Made by a program: the position numbers and the translations under genes | Source of the DNA: a virus | Lineage: Duplodnaviria > Caudoviricetes | IMG/VR virus record: IMGVR_UViG_3300028888_000005 | Span: 36,590 to 100,589 of that record | Strand: one strand, 5' to 3' | DNA length: 64,000 bases | Notes under the pieces: generated by a model | Database searches by the model: none | Told to the model about the DNA's origin: nothing | The model's input: only the letters and a program-made list of their open reading frames with translations | Shown: positions 1 to 7,857 of the stretch, piece by piece | Layout: each line of letters begins with the position of its first letter | How positions within the stretch are numbered: position 1 is the stretch's first letter

Positions 1-698
1 TGCTCTCCATATAAATCCAGGGAGATAAGCGTACGGAGCTGTTTCACTGATAGACTTCTTGGTTGATGTCTTTCGTGGTATATCTTGAACTTCCTGAACG
101 GATAATTGAGTGTGATTCCGTCATCTATGGCTGCGTTGAACACAGCACGGAGATTACGGAAGTGTACAGACCTTGCATTAAGTGACGGACATCCATGTTC
201 ACTGAGCCACTTATCAAACTTACGTAACCAACCGGGGTTAATGGAGTCAAACAGCACAGTGCCCATAGCAGGATTGTACTGAATCAGTCTGCTAATGGTA
301 GACTTATACACGGACCTTGTGTTTGGTTTAGGTCTTGTTTCCATGAACTGCATCATGTAGGGAAGCACAAACTTAGTGCCTATATCTCTGTGCAGTTCAG
401 TTATGATAATCTCCTTCAGTTGGGCGGCTTCTATATCCCTCAGTGCATACCCACCACCGAGCCTAAGCATCACATCCTGTGCAGACAGGAGCATACGATT
501 AGCGTCTATGGTGAGCTTCCTTGCGTCAGGATGCCGTACAACAACCAGCCTGCGTTGGTCCCACTGATCTTTACGCAACTTGATACCAGTAGGAGCATAG
601 CAGGTCTTACCGTTAGATGAGAATGACAACTGTAGTGAACGTAGGCTGTCCACGGTGTACCTAGTCCCGCGTGACAGGCATAATGTTATCTTGGCCAT
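1..698 (-). CDS. int: Tyrosine recombinase/integrase, Bacteroidetes type (N-terminal arm-binding and SAM-like domains; catalytic C-terminus lies beyond the window edge)
   Basis: Not in the ORF track; translated by hand from ATG at 698: MAKITLCLSRG...TCYAPTGIKLRKDQWDQRRLVVVRHPDARKL...KPNTRSVYKSTISRL...FDSINPGWLRKFDKWL...NARSVHFRNLRAVFNAAIDDGITLNYPFRKFKI...RSLSVKQLRTL, the typical Bacteroidetes integrase pattern. Open to position 1. Confidence 0.9.
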   Translation of the reverse strand, partial: MAKITLCLSRGTRYTVDSLRSLQLSFSSNGKTCYAPTGIKLRKDQWDQRRLVVVRHPDARKLTIDANRMLLSAQDVMLRLGGGYALRDIEAAQLKEIIITELHRDIGTKFVLPYMMQFMETRPKPNTRSVYKSTISRLIQYNPAMGTVLFDSINPGWLRKFDKWLSEHGCPSLNARSVHFRNLRAVFNAAIDDGITLNYPFRKFKIYHERHQPRSLSVKQLRTLISLDLYGE

Positions 699-725
699 AG
701 TGTGAAGTATTGAGGTTGAAGGCCG

Positions 726-733
726 CAAAGTTA
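726..733 (-). promoter_or_regulatory. Bacteroidetes sigma-A -7 element (TAACTTTG) for int
   Basis: TAnnTTTG consensus about 28 nt upstream of the int ATG. Confidence 0.7.
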
Positions 734-811
734 ACAAAAATGTCTACAGTTTTTCTACCATAACAGTAAAAATATCTACGCATTTTGTTCAGTGAGCAGT
801 ATGTAGAAAGA

Positions 812-844
812 AAACACAGGAGCTTTCACAAGTCCCTGTGTTTC
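812..844 (-). terminator. Intrinsic terminator after the tRNA 3' fragment (GUGA-loop hairpin)
   Basis: Minus strand reads ACACAGGGACUU-GUGA-AAGCUCCUGUGU followed by a U-rich tail. Confidence 0.75.
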
Positions 845-908
845 TGGCGGAGTGACCGAGATTCGAACTCGGGATACGCTTTTGACGTATACACGCTTTC
901 CAGGCGTA
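845..908 (-). mobile_element. attP core: 3' part of tRNA-Ser(GGA), from anticodon arm to CCA
   Basis: Minus strand TACGC-CTGGAAA-GCGTG, long variable arm ATACGTCAAAAGCGTAT, T-arm CCGAG-TTCGAAT-CTCGG, then TCACTCC-G-CCA. The 5' acceptor strand (GGAGTGA) and D-arm are absent, and the fragment is adjacent to int. Confidence 0.85.
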
Positions 909-989
909 TCACCGCCATCAGTAAGTGCCTAATAATCCAATCTTTAACATTATGAAGAAAAATAGTTCTACGCTTCTTCTATATTTGAG

Positions 990-1170
990 AGAGAAAAACC
1001 GCGCCGCTTCACAGGGGCACGGCTTCAACCTTCTAATACCATTAACATAAACCTTTTATCACTTCATCATGCTTATTACGGCCTAAACATTGATTTCCCA
1101 ATCAGATAAAAAACCAATAAACCAATGAATCATTACTACTTTCACTCATGAAAAAATCTTACACTTCTTA
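990..1170 (-). ncRNA. Putative sRNA A (promoter, anti-start-codon segments, GUGA-loop terminator)
   Basis: TATCTTTG at 1177-1184 (-); no convincing ORF; ends in CCGUGCCCCU-GUGA-AGCGGCGCGG-UUUUU (999-1022). Confidence 0.6.
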
Positions 1171-1219
1171 CGTGTGCAAAGATAGCATGAATATCCGTAA
1201 ACACCAAATATTTATCAGA

Positions 1220-1580
1220 AAATCATGCAGATTAGTGTAAACTTTTTGCTGTGCAGATAGGGTGCACAGGCACTCGTAGTAGACATTCTGCGCAGAAAAA
1301 CACCCCCATATAGTTCCATTTCTGTGCATATCCCCCACCCTTTTGTACGGAATTTCTTGTTGTGTACAGGTTCACAAAGTGCCCACTATTAGTACAGAAT
1401 CATTACGTACAGTACATAATGTACATGCAATAATAGCGTACAATCTGTGCAGAAAATGTACGGTAATTTGTGCAGACGATTTGCAGAGAGTCTATTGTAT
1501 ATCGCGTATGAGAGAAAGGGTTAATTTGACAGGATTTATTATATGTCGCGTATACGGAAATAGTCCCCCCGTACCCCACC
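1220..1580. repeat. Non-coding region with iterated GTAC/TGCA(G) motifs and C-tracts; candidate genome terminus or origin
   Basis: About nine GTAC between 1345 and 1574, repeated TGCAG, and tracts such as ccccccgtaccccaccc; lies immediately before the first early gene. Confidence 0.45.
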
Positions 1581-1653
1581 CTATTACAGCGCGAAGGGTA
1601 ATGCCCCCCTCTTCGATGCTGTTATGTTCGGGGGCGCATAGGAGAACCAAGTT

Positions 1654-1911
1654 ATGCAGATCAACCTGCAAACCCCAATCAGTGCCCTGAAGGGCCAGTC
1701 ATTCGTCCTGCTTCAGGACGGCAGTGTTAAACTCAACGGCACCAACGCCGACCTGTACATCAGTCCTGAGATCTTCGCGATGCTCAAGGCTGAGTTCGCC
1801 AAGGCTGAGGCCAAGCGCAACCTGGGCCAGTTCGTGGTCAACCGCAGGGTTAAGACCGTGAACGGCAAGGAGTTCACGAGGTATGAGGTGCGCTTAGGCA
1901 TGACGCTCTGA
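1654..1911 (+). CDS. Early hypothetical protein (85 aa)
   Basis: Strongly biased codon usage; followed by a terminator. Confidence 0.8.
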   Translation: MQINLQTPISALKGQSFVLLQDGSVKLNGTNADLYISPEIFAMLKAEFAKAEAKRNLGQFVVNRRVKTVNGKEFTRYEVRLGMTL

Positions 1912-1920
1912 GTAAATCCC

Positions 1921-1942
1921 AAGAGCCCTTCGGGGCTTTTTT
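1921..1942 (+). terminator. Intrinsic terminator
   Basis: aagagccc-ttcg-gggctttttt. Confidence 0.85.
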
Positions 1943-2084
1943 ATCAATCCCATCAGCCAGATATTGCTATCTTTACATTAACGCAAGGATAACAGCACTG
2001 GTTGGTGGGGCTTACAATTAGCTATTAACTGGCACAAAATAGGCACTGAATGTGTTGAAATGTGCATAAAACTGAAGCAAAACT

Positions 2085-2171
2085 ATGAATATTTACGTTC
2101 TTGCTGATGGTACACTGAGCACTCCATGCACACCAGAGGATGCACAGCAGTACAACAATGAGTGGAAGTAA
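2085..2171 (+). CDS. Small hypothetical peptide (28 aa)
   Basis: MNIYVLADGTLSTPCTPEDAQQYNNEWK with an A-rich leader. Confidence 0.45.
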   Translation: MNIYVLADGTLSTPCTPEDAQQYNNEWK

Positions 2172-2285
2172 AGTACACTCACCGCACTAGATTGAATCGA
2201 GCCGTCTGCCTAAGCAGCCAAATGCTAATAATTTTTTCATGAGTGATTGGGGGATTGCGTTGTGAAACGTGGTCCCCATTTTATT
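2172..2285 (+). ncRNA. Putative sRNA B (anti-start seed plus GUGA-loop terminator)
   Basis: attttttcatgagtga (2231-2246) is identical to the seed in sRNA A; hairpin GGGGAUUGCGUU-GUGA-AACGUGGUCCCC followed by AUUUUAUUU. 5' end not defined. Confidence 0.55.
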
Positions 2286-2415
2286 TATATAACCCGTCAG
2301 CCAAGGAGACGTAAACATACTACCTGATGAAACTTGGACGAAATAGAGATATCGTAGAAATAATTCAAAAACAAGAAAGAGGTCATTGCGAGACCATAAA
2401 CACTGCAAGCACACT

Positions 2416-2742
2416 ATGAAGCATTTCACTATGGAGATGGAAGTGGAATACACTGACATGATTTCTGACCTTGTGATCAGTGATCACGTACGTCATTGTC
2501 CGAGCTTTGATACTGAAGGTATGATTAGTGCTTTCATTCAAAAATCATTAGGATGCTCCGGATGCGTAGCAACCAAAGAAGCAGAACGTTGGGTATCATC
2601 TGAGAATAGTTTCATCACTGTGAATGGCAAACTCTATTCAATAGAGTGGCAATACGAGGATGAAGACGCCATTAAGTATGAACTCTACGAGACATCAATC
2701 AAGTACAAGATGGTTGAACTTGAAGAGGACATGCCGTTCTAA
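2416..2742 (+). CDS. Early hypothetical protein
   Basis: ORF with ATG at 2416; acidic, ends in DMPF. Confidence 0.7.
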   Translation: MKHFTMEMEVEYTDMISDLVISDHVRHCPSFDTEGMISAFIQKSLGCSGCVATKEAERWVSSENSFITVNGKLYSIEWQYEDEDAIKYELYETSIKYKMVELEEDMPF

Positions 2743-2759
2743 CCAGATACACAGCCATT

Positions 2760-2792
2760 GCGCAGGTATGATGGACCTGCGCTTTGGTTTTT
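2760..2792 (+). terminator. Intrinsic terminator
   Basis: gcgcaggt-atgatgg-acctgcgc followed by tttggttttt. Confidence 0.65.
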
Positions 2793-2847
2793 CGTTATCC
2801 CATCACCTAAACGTGGCGGCAACACGTTAAATACCGACAACAGAGTT

Positions 2848-3132
2848 ATGTTCGCATACTCAACTAACCCGAGTGTTAAGACACAGTTCAGCATCCAGAA
2901 GGAGCGTGAGGAGAAAGCTGCACGTATCGCTGATGAAGTAGCCATGCGCAGAGACATGCAGGCAGCTATTGCACGCTACTACAGTGACGATGAATACTCA
3001 TCATGGGACCTTGATGCTGATGTTGAGGCAGCTGTGTTCCATCACCTACACATGAACAAAGGTGACAGAGCCAAACGCCTTCGTGGCCTTCAGAATGCAG
3101 TTGTACGTGCATTCATGAAGAAGTACGCATAA
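2848..3132 (+). CDS. Early hypothetical protein
   Basis: ATG at 2848; phage-like codon usage. Confidence 0.75.
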   Translation: MFAYSTNPSVKTQFSIQKEREEKAARIADEVAMRRDMQAAIARYYSDDEYSSWDLDADVEAAVFHHLHMNKGDRAKRLRGLQNAVVRAFMKKYA

Positions 3133-3310
3133 TAGATATGAACCGTTCCACACTACAGACAGTGGCATTGCTGATTGCGGCAGTGTCACTGCTGTTTCTG
3201 CTAAAAGGCATTCTGTTTCCCATAGTCCTCCCATTAGCAGGACTGTGGTTAGCCTACAAACTGTTCCGTTATTCACAGCGGAAATGAACATACACTTACG
3301 TGTCTTACCT

Positions 3311-3350
3311 CAGTGGGATAGTCTATGGTGGAGATTGTCCCACTGTTTTT
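3311..3350 (+). terminator. Intrinsic terminator
   Basis: cagtgggatagtct...agattgtcccactg followed by ttttt. Confidence 0.8.
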
Positions 3351-3393
3351 ATGCATTCCATCAACTACAATAATTTAAAACATAGAAAGAACA

Positions 3394-3582
3394 ATGAGGA
3401 ATTACAAATTACTTGGCAAGCTTGAGTCTTATGCATCAAGCTGCCGTGATGCGTTAAACACAGCAAGCAACAAGCTGGCTAATCTACAAAACAAGGTAAT
3501 GGTTAAGCGCATTGAGATGCTTGACAAGGAGCTGGAAGAGCTGCGTGGTAAAGTATCACTACAAATCACTGAAAGCAAATGA
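3394..3582 (+). CDS. Hypothetical coiled-coil protein
   Basis: ORF track; ATGA overlap with the next gene. Confidence 0.7.
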   Translation: MRNYKLLGKLESYASSCRDALNTASNKLANLQNKVMVKRIEMLDKELEELRGKVSLQITESK

Positions 3583-3947
3583 AAAAGTATATTATTTCAA
3601 TGGCAATCCCTATTATTCTGGGATGTGCAGTAATATTCTGGCCACGACCTATTAAAGCAGAGCCAGCGCCTATCGTATCCTACAGCGAGGAGGTCATAAC
3701 TGAAATATTTGACCTTGTTTCCCAGTCCGAGAATCTACGTGATGAACTGTACAAAGCCAGTCCTGAGATAGCAGAAGCAGCATTGGTTGAGTCGCCTAAC
3801 TGTCTCGTCTGTAAAGCAGCTGCTTTACTCCGCCTCCGCAGTTACGATGAGAACTGGGCAGATACACTAGGTGAGTGTATCGATGATGATGAGCTGGACT
3901 TCTGCATCTCGTACACGCTATATAGTGCCTGCCATGAAGTACATTGA
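3579..3947 (+). CDS. Hypothetical membrane-anchored or secreted protein
   Basis: MKKYII followed by a hydrophobic N-terminus. Confidence 0.7.
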   Translation: MKKYIISMAIPIILGCAVIFWPRPIKAEPAPIVSYSEEVITEIFDLVSQSENLRDELYKASPEIAEAALVESPNCLVCKAAALLRLRSYDENWADTLGECIDDDELDFCISYTLYSACHEVH

Positions 3948-4521
3948 CAGATATCCCGGCTGCACAGGTTGTCCACATCTCAGCTATTGTGGCAAAATGG
4001 TGAGCAGCCTACGCTTGTGCAACAGCTACGAGAAAGATCAAGAACTAAGCAAGGAAGAGAAGCTTCCGTCAGTGATGGGTCAGCTTATCTATCGCGCCCA
4101 AATCAACTATGACTTGTGGAAATGCATCCTTGACTTCGCCACAAAAGAAGCCAACGATGGCTATCCTGGTCTTGTTGAGTACCTTGACGAGGCTGTTAAC
4201 TGTCAGTGCCATTTGATTGAAGGCACACCATGGTGTGAGATTGAGCTAGGTGCAAACTCATTCCGTGAGGAAGAGTGGGTAGCGCTTCATCGCATAGTAT
4301 CCTGTATTCAATGGCACTATGAGAATGTCTCCAATTCTGATGTTCAGTACCAATCCTGTGAAGGACTGCAACTGAACTGGGACTATATGATGCCTAAACC
4401 ATTCACTCCTACAAAGGAGTATGAACAGTGGTTTGCAGATAATGTGGAAAATCTCACACCTGAACAAGCATCACGTGCAGTGTGTGTATTCCTTCCATTA
4501 AAAGAAGTAGTGCATGAATAA
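3934..4521 (+). CDS. Hypothetical protein with N-terminal Cys cluster
   Basis: MKYIDRYPGCTGCPHLSYCG...LC. Confidence 0.7.
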   Translation: MKYIDRYPGCTGCPHLSYCGKMVSSLRLCNSYEKDQELSKEEKLPSVMGQLIYRAQINYDLWKCILDFATKEANDGYPGLVEYLDEAVNCQCHLIEGTPWCEIELGANSFREEEWVALHRIVSCIQWHYENVSNSDVQYQSCEGLQLNWDYMMPKPFTPTKEYEQWFADNVENLTPEQASRAVCVFLPLKEVVHE

Positions 4522-5146
4522 CCTAGGTGTGTTCATTTACAATATCGTACTTGACACAACACACACACCAGACGAAAAACAGCTGTACGGAATCTTAGAG
4601 CGCTCAGCACCTGAGTACGAGTTACGCAGGCTTCTGGGCGCTTTTAAGATCCCTTACGTCACATATCTCATCAACAAGATATATGATAAGCGCTATATAT
4701 GTGTCTGTGCTGATACCGAGACAGCTAGAGCCCTGTTTATGCATTCCATGATAGGCAGTGCCTGTGCACTCGGCGAGAACAGTGACATAGATGAGCAGAA
4801 CATCAACCGATTCAATAAAGGAGACGTAGAGCACCTGTTCATTACACCGCAGACATATATCCCTGAACTTAAGGATGTTGATGCTGTTGTCTTTGCGCAA
4901 CCATCAGTAGATGATATTGCAACGCTGAACGGCATATTGCCAGCGATGCATGAATCAGAACATCCTAAAGTGTACTTCTTCATGCACCATGATACAATAG
5001 ACTGTGCACTGAAGAATGATGTGTGGGACATCAGTCCAACCACAACGGAAGTGGAATTTCCGTATAACCGCTTAACAAAAGAAAGAACATGGACGACGGC
5101 TACATCGTTCACACAAGAGAAGGCATGTTCCTCGGTGCCTTCCTAG
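4514..5146 (+). CDS. Degenerate stand-alone SF2 helicase C-terminal-like domain protein
   Basis: INRFNKGDVEHLF...LKDVDAVVFAQ...PKVYFFMHHDTID resembles Helicase_C but lacks the Q..GR motif VI. Confidence 0.45.
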   Translation: MNNLGVFIYNIVLDTTHTPDEKQLYGILERSAPEYELRRLLGAFKIPYVTYLINKIYDKRYICVCADTETARALFMHSMIGSACALGENSDIDEQNINRFNKGDVEHLFITPQTYIPELKDVDAVVFAQPSVDDIATLNGILPAMHESEHPKVYFFMHHDTIDCALKNDVWDISPTTTEVEFPYNRLTKERTWTTATSFTQEKACSSVPS

Positions 5147-5346
5147 ACATTCACGAAGCCGCAAGATTCCGCTATGAATGCAAAGACAGTGATAAGCTCG
5201 AGATCTCCAAGGAGAGCAGCTATCGTCAGAGGTTCCTGAAGCCGGTGCAGGATAAGGTCACTGGTAGGTTATTACAGATAGTCGATAAACGCTATGAAAG
5301 AAAAAGAGTTGAGCAAACAAGCACAGAACTTTGTGAGTGCATGTAA
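5089..5346 (+). CDS. Hypothetical protein
   Basis: ORF track. Confidence 0.6.
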   Translation: MDDGYIVHTREGMFLGAFLDIHEAARFRYECKDSDKLEISKESSYRQRFLKPVQDKVTGRLLQIVDKRYERKRVEQTSTELCECM

Positions 5347-5473
5347 AGGTGGCAGCATCAACACCATCCACGGACTGTTACATTATCAGTCACAGTCCAT
5401 TAAGGATGAGCTTATGGTGCATTATAAAGCCGACAGCTATGACGAACTTGCACTCAGGCTGTCACAAGGTTAG
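5294..5473 (+). CDS. Small hypothetical protein (59 aa)
   Basis: MKEKELSKQAQNFVSACKGG...LALRLSQG; not in the track; ends in TAG. Confidence 0.55.
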   Translation: MKEKELSKQAQNFVSACKGGSINTIHGLLHYQSQSIKDELMVHYKADSYDELALRLSQG

Positions 5474-5693
5474 AATTGTACCTGACACCAGGGTCTCTGC
5501 ATTCACCTATGCGGAGGCCCTTAAATATCTGAAGGAGCATAACCATCTGTATCGTGATTTCACATGGGACATGTGGCTATTCCTTCAGCTAGACCCTGAC
5601 AAAGAGCTCCTGCAAGCTGTGGATGACTACTGGATGCCGTCAGCTTATGCAGAACTGGAAAATAAATATCCAGAATTGGCTGAGAAAACGTAA
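5439..5693 (+). CDS. Hypothetical protein
   Basis: 3' part of track ORF 5337..5693, with ATG at 5439. Confidence 0.55.
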   Translation: MTNLHSGCHKVRIVPDTRVSAFTYAEALKYLKEHNHLYRDFTWDMWLFLQLDPDKELLQAVDDYWMPSAYAELENKYPELAEKT

Positions 5694-5702
5694 GAATATT
5701 CT

Positions 5703-5710
5703 TAACTTTG
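5703..5710 (+). promoter_or_regulatory. Bacteroidetes -7 promoter element (TAACTTTG) for the replication operon
   Basis: TAnnTTTG 18 nt upstream of the helicase ATG. Confidence 0.7.
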
Positions 5711-5728
5711 CATATTCAATAAGGCAAG

Positions 5729-6970
5729 ATGGAATTAGAACGTACATCATCGTTACTCGATAAGACGATGGATGAGATCCATGAGAACATCACTCGTCTT
5801 GAACAGGGGAATATGAACTGTATTCCCTATCCTTTCCAGAGAAGTCGCAAAGACTTCCCTGGCATTGAGCGTCGTTGTTACTATGCTGTGATGGCTAATA
5901 CCAAAGTTGGCAAGTCACAGTTCGTCAATGATGTGTTCGTCTTTGAACCCATCATGGAGATGTACTATGGCGCAACTGACCTTGAGGTTAATATCCTCTA
6001 TTGTGCCCTTGAGGAGACTCCTGAGCGCATCATGCAGCGCTTTATGGCGTGGTTGCTGTACAGGGAAAGCGGAGGTAAGGTCCGTGTATCCCCTCGACAA
6101 ATACGCTCCACGCTGCACAAGTGTCCGCAAGAGGCACTTGATATGCTGCAAGATGAACATATCAAAGAGATTCTTGAGTTCTTTGAGAACCATATTACTT
6201 TCCTGCCACGCAGTGAATCCAACCCGACAGGTATCTACAATTACTGTAAAGCCTGGGCAGAAGAGCGTGGTGACACGATCTACAAGGAATATGTAACTAA
6301 AGATGTGTTTGACCAAGAGACCACAAACAAGGTGTTTGAGCGGTATATCCCGCACAATCCTGACGCATTCAATATCGTGATCATCGACCCCATTAACCGC
6401 GTCGATAGAGAACGAGGGATGGATGAGCGCCAGAGTATGCGTAAGCTCTCAGAGTATTGCTACAGGTATCTTCGCAATGACTACCTGTTCTCTGTTGTCA
6501 TCGTACAGCAGCAAACCTTTGGCAGCTATTCACTTGATGCCCGCAAAATCAACCATTTTGAGCCCAACATGGGTGATGCTGGTGGTAGCAAGGAAATCCT
6601 GCAAGATGTGGATGTAGCCATGTCGCTCTACAATCCGAGTGAGTTCGGTGTTGAGAGCTATGGCGGCTATGACATCCGCAAACTAGGTAAACGCAGCCGA
6701 TTCGTGAAGTATATGGCTGCACGAGATGGCGAAGGCAGTGGCATCACGTCACTGTTCTTCGATGGATGCTGCGCTCAATTTAATGAGCTCCCTACTCCTG
6801 GTAATGCGGCCGAGATGCAGGCAGTGTACAACTACTGCGAACAGATGAATCTCAAGCACACACCAGAAGAACTAGCTGCACTGAATCCGTTTATACGGAA
6901 ATACCAGCAGCCACAACAGCCTAAACAAGGCATAATTGACAGTTTTATTAACTTAATGTTTAGTCATTAA
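5729..6970 (+). CDS. dnaB: DnaB-like (SF4) replicative helicase
   Basis: Walker A variant ANTKVGKS, ALEE, Walker B IVIIDP, VVIVQQQ, DVDVAMSL, ARDG. Confidence 0.85.
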   Translation: MELERTSSLLDKTMDEIHENITRLEQGNMNCIPYPFQRSRKDFPGIERRCYYAVMANTKVGKSQFVNDVFVFEPIMEMYYGATDLEVNILYCALEETPERIMQRFMAWLLYRESGGKVRVSPRQIRSTLHKCPQEALDMLQDEHIKEILEFFENHITFLPRSESNPTGIYNYCKAWAEERGDTIYKEYVTKDVFDQETTNKVFERYIPHNPDAFNIVIIDPINRVDRERGMDERQSMRKLSEYCYRYLRNDYLFSVVIVQQQTFGSYSLDARKINHFEPNMGDAGGSKEILQDVDVAMSLYNPSEFGVESYGGYDIRKLGKRSRFVKYMAARDGEGSGITSLFFDGCCAQFNELPTPGNAAEMQAVYNYCEQMNLKHTPEELAALNPFIRKYQQPQQPKQGIIDSFINLMFSH

Positions 6971-7554
6971 TGGCAGTAACAGTAAACAATGCTCCGTCTT
7001 CACTCGATGAGCTTGGTGTGCTTTTGGTCCTAAAAGCAATGAGTGAGACAAAGGCAAAAAGCGCAACAGCGTACTTCACTAGAACGCTAAACAAGCTCAT
7101 TAATCAAGGATTAGTAATCTCGCAAGACGGCAGAATGGTCATCACTGAACAGGCGCAATCCATCATGGACACAATCGATGAAGGAGAAAAGCCCACAAAC
7201 CTCACAGCACTGGCATCGCAGATGCGTGAAGTGTATCCCGCTGGTGAACAACCAGGTACAGGACACTTGTGGCGTTGTTCAGTCCCGACAGCCGTTGAAA
7301 GGCTTACTAAACTCATCAAGAAGAAGAACTTCTCATTCACAGCCGAAGAAGCCATTGAAGCAACCAAGGCGTATGTGAACAGCTACAGCAACGGAGCCAA
7401 AATCCGCACCATGCAGTACTTCATCTTCAAGAACGTCATTGAAGACGGCGAGGAAGTGATGAAGAGTGAACTCATGGAATGGATTTACCGTATCCGTGAC
7501 GGCATTGAAGCACAGCAATCCTATCAGCAAACAGAATTATCTAACTTTTATTAA
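6970..7554 (+). CDS. crAss-like protein next to DnaB (possible replication initiation factor)
   Basis: N-terminal wHTH-like segment and YPAGEQPGTGHLWR motif; position after the helicase. Confidence 0.45.
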   Translation: MAVTVNNAPSSLDELGVLLVLKAMSETKAKSATAYFTRTLNKLINQGLVISQDGRMVITEQAQSIMDTIDEGEKPTNLTALASQMREVYPAGEQPGTGHLWRCSVPTAVERLTKLIKKKNFSFTAEEAIEATKAYVNSYSNGAKIRTMQYFIFKNVIEDGEEVMKSELMEWIYRIRDGIEAQQSYQQTELSNFY

Positions 7555-7569
7555 TCAATAACCAATCAA

Positions 7570-7857
7570 ATGAAGATTATAATTGTAACATTCGGCGTTG
7601 CAGAAGCCAGACCCAACTGTACCAAAAAGTACCGTTTCCGTACCAACTCAGACCTGAAGCCCGGTGACGTGCTTCGTTCACGTGACTACGACAGCGAGAT
7701 TACTGTTGTGGATGTACTCGAGAAGGACTATAAGTACTACAACCAAATCAATGGTGAGATGAGCAACGAGATTACCTCGACTTTCCAGTGGCCCATCAAG
7801 ACCCTCGAAGTGTGTGAGAAGAAGAACGATATCGTTTACGCAACAATAGTGAAGTAA
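7570..7857 (+). CDS. Hypothetical protein
   Basis: ORF track; coupled to the next gene. Confidence 0.75.
   Translation: MKIIIVTFGVAEARPNCTKKYRFRTNSDLKPGDVLRSRDYDSEITVVDVLEKDYKYYNQINGEMSNEITSTFQWPIKTLEVCEKKNDIVYATIVK

Larger units (their letters stand above)
742..985. repeat. Putative integrase arm-binding sites (TCTAC-containing repeats) flanking the att core
   Basis: tctacagtttttctacca (~743-760), atctacgc (~774-781), inverted gtaga (~803) and ttctacgcttcttctata (~966-983), on both sides of the tRNA fragment. Confidence 0.5.

Noticed and set aside
376-620. Track ORFs 376..567 and 390..620 (+)
   Set aside because: Shadows of the minus-strand integrase
845-940. Complete phage tRNA-Ser gene
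   Set aside because: The 5' acceptor strand and D-arm are missing; the upstream sequence cannot pair with TCACTCC
1343-1690. 115-aa ORF over the GTAC-rich region
   Set aside because: TTG start, atypical composition, overlaps a repeat-rich regulatory region
2187-2459. Minus-strand ORF ending MKKLLAFG...
   Set aside because: Runs against the early transcription direction; the MKKLLAF look-alike is better explained as the complement of an sRNA seed
3264-3290. Possible extra GUGA hairpin on - (ttccgctgtgaataacggaa)
   Set aside because: Only a 5-bp stem, with no promoter or clear U-tail; too weak to include in the sRNA family
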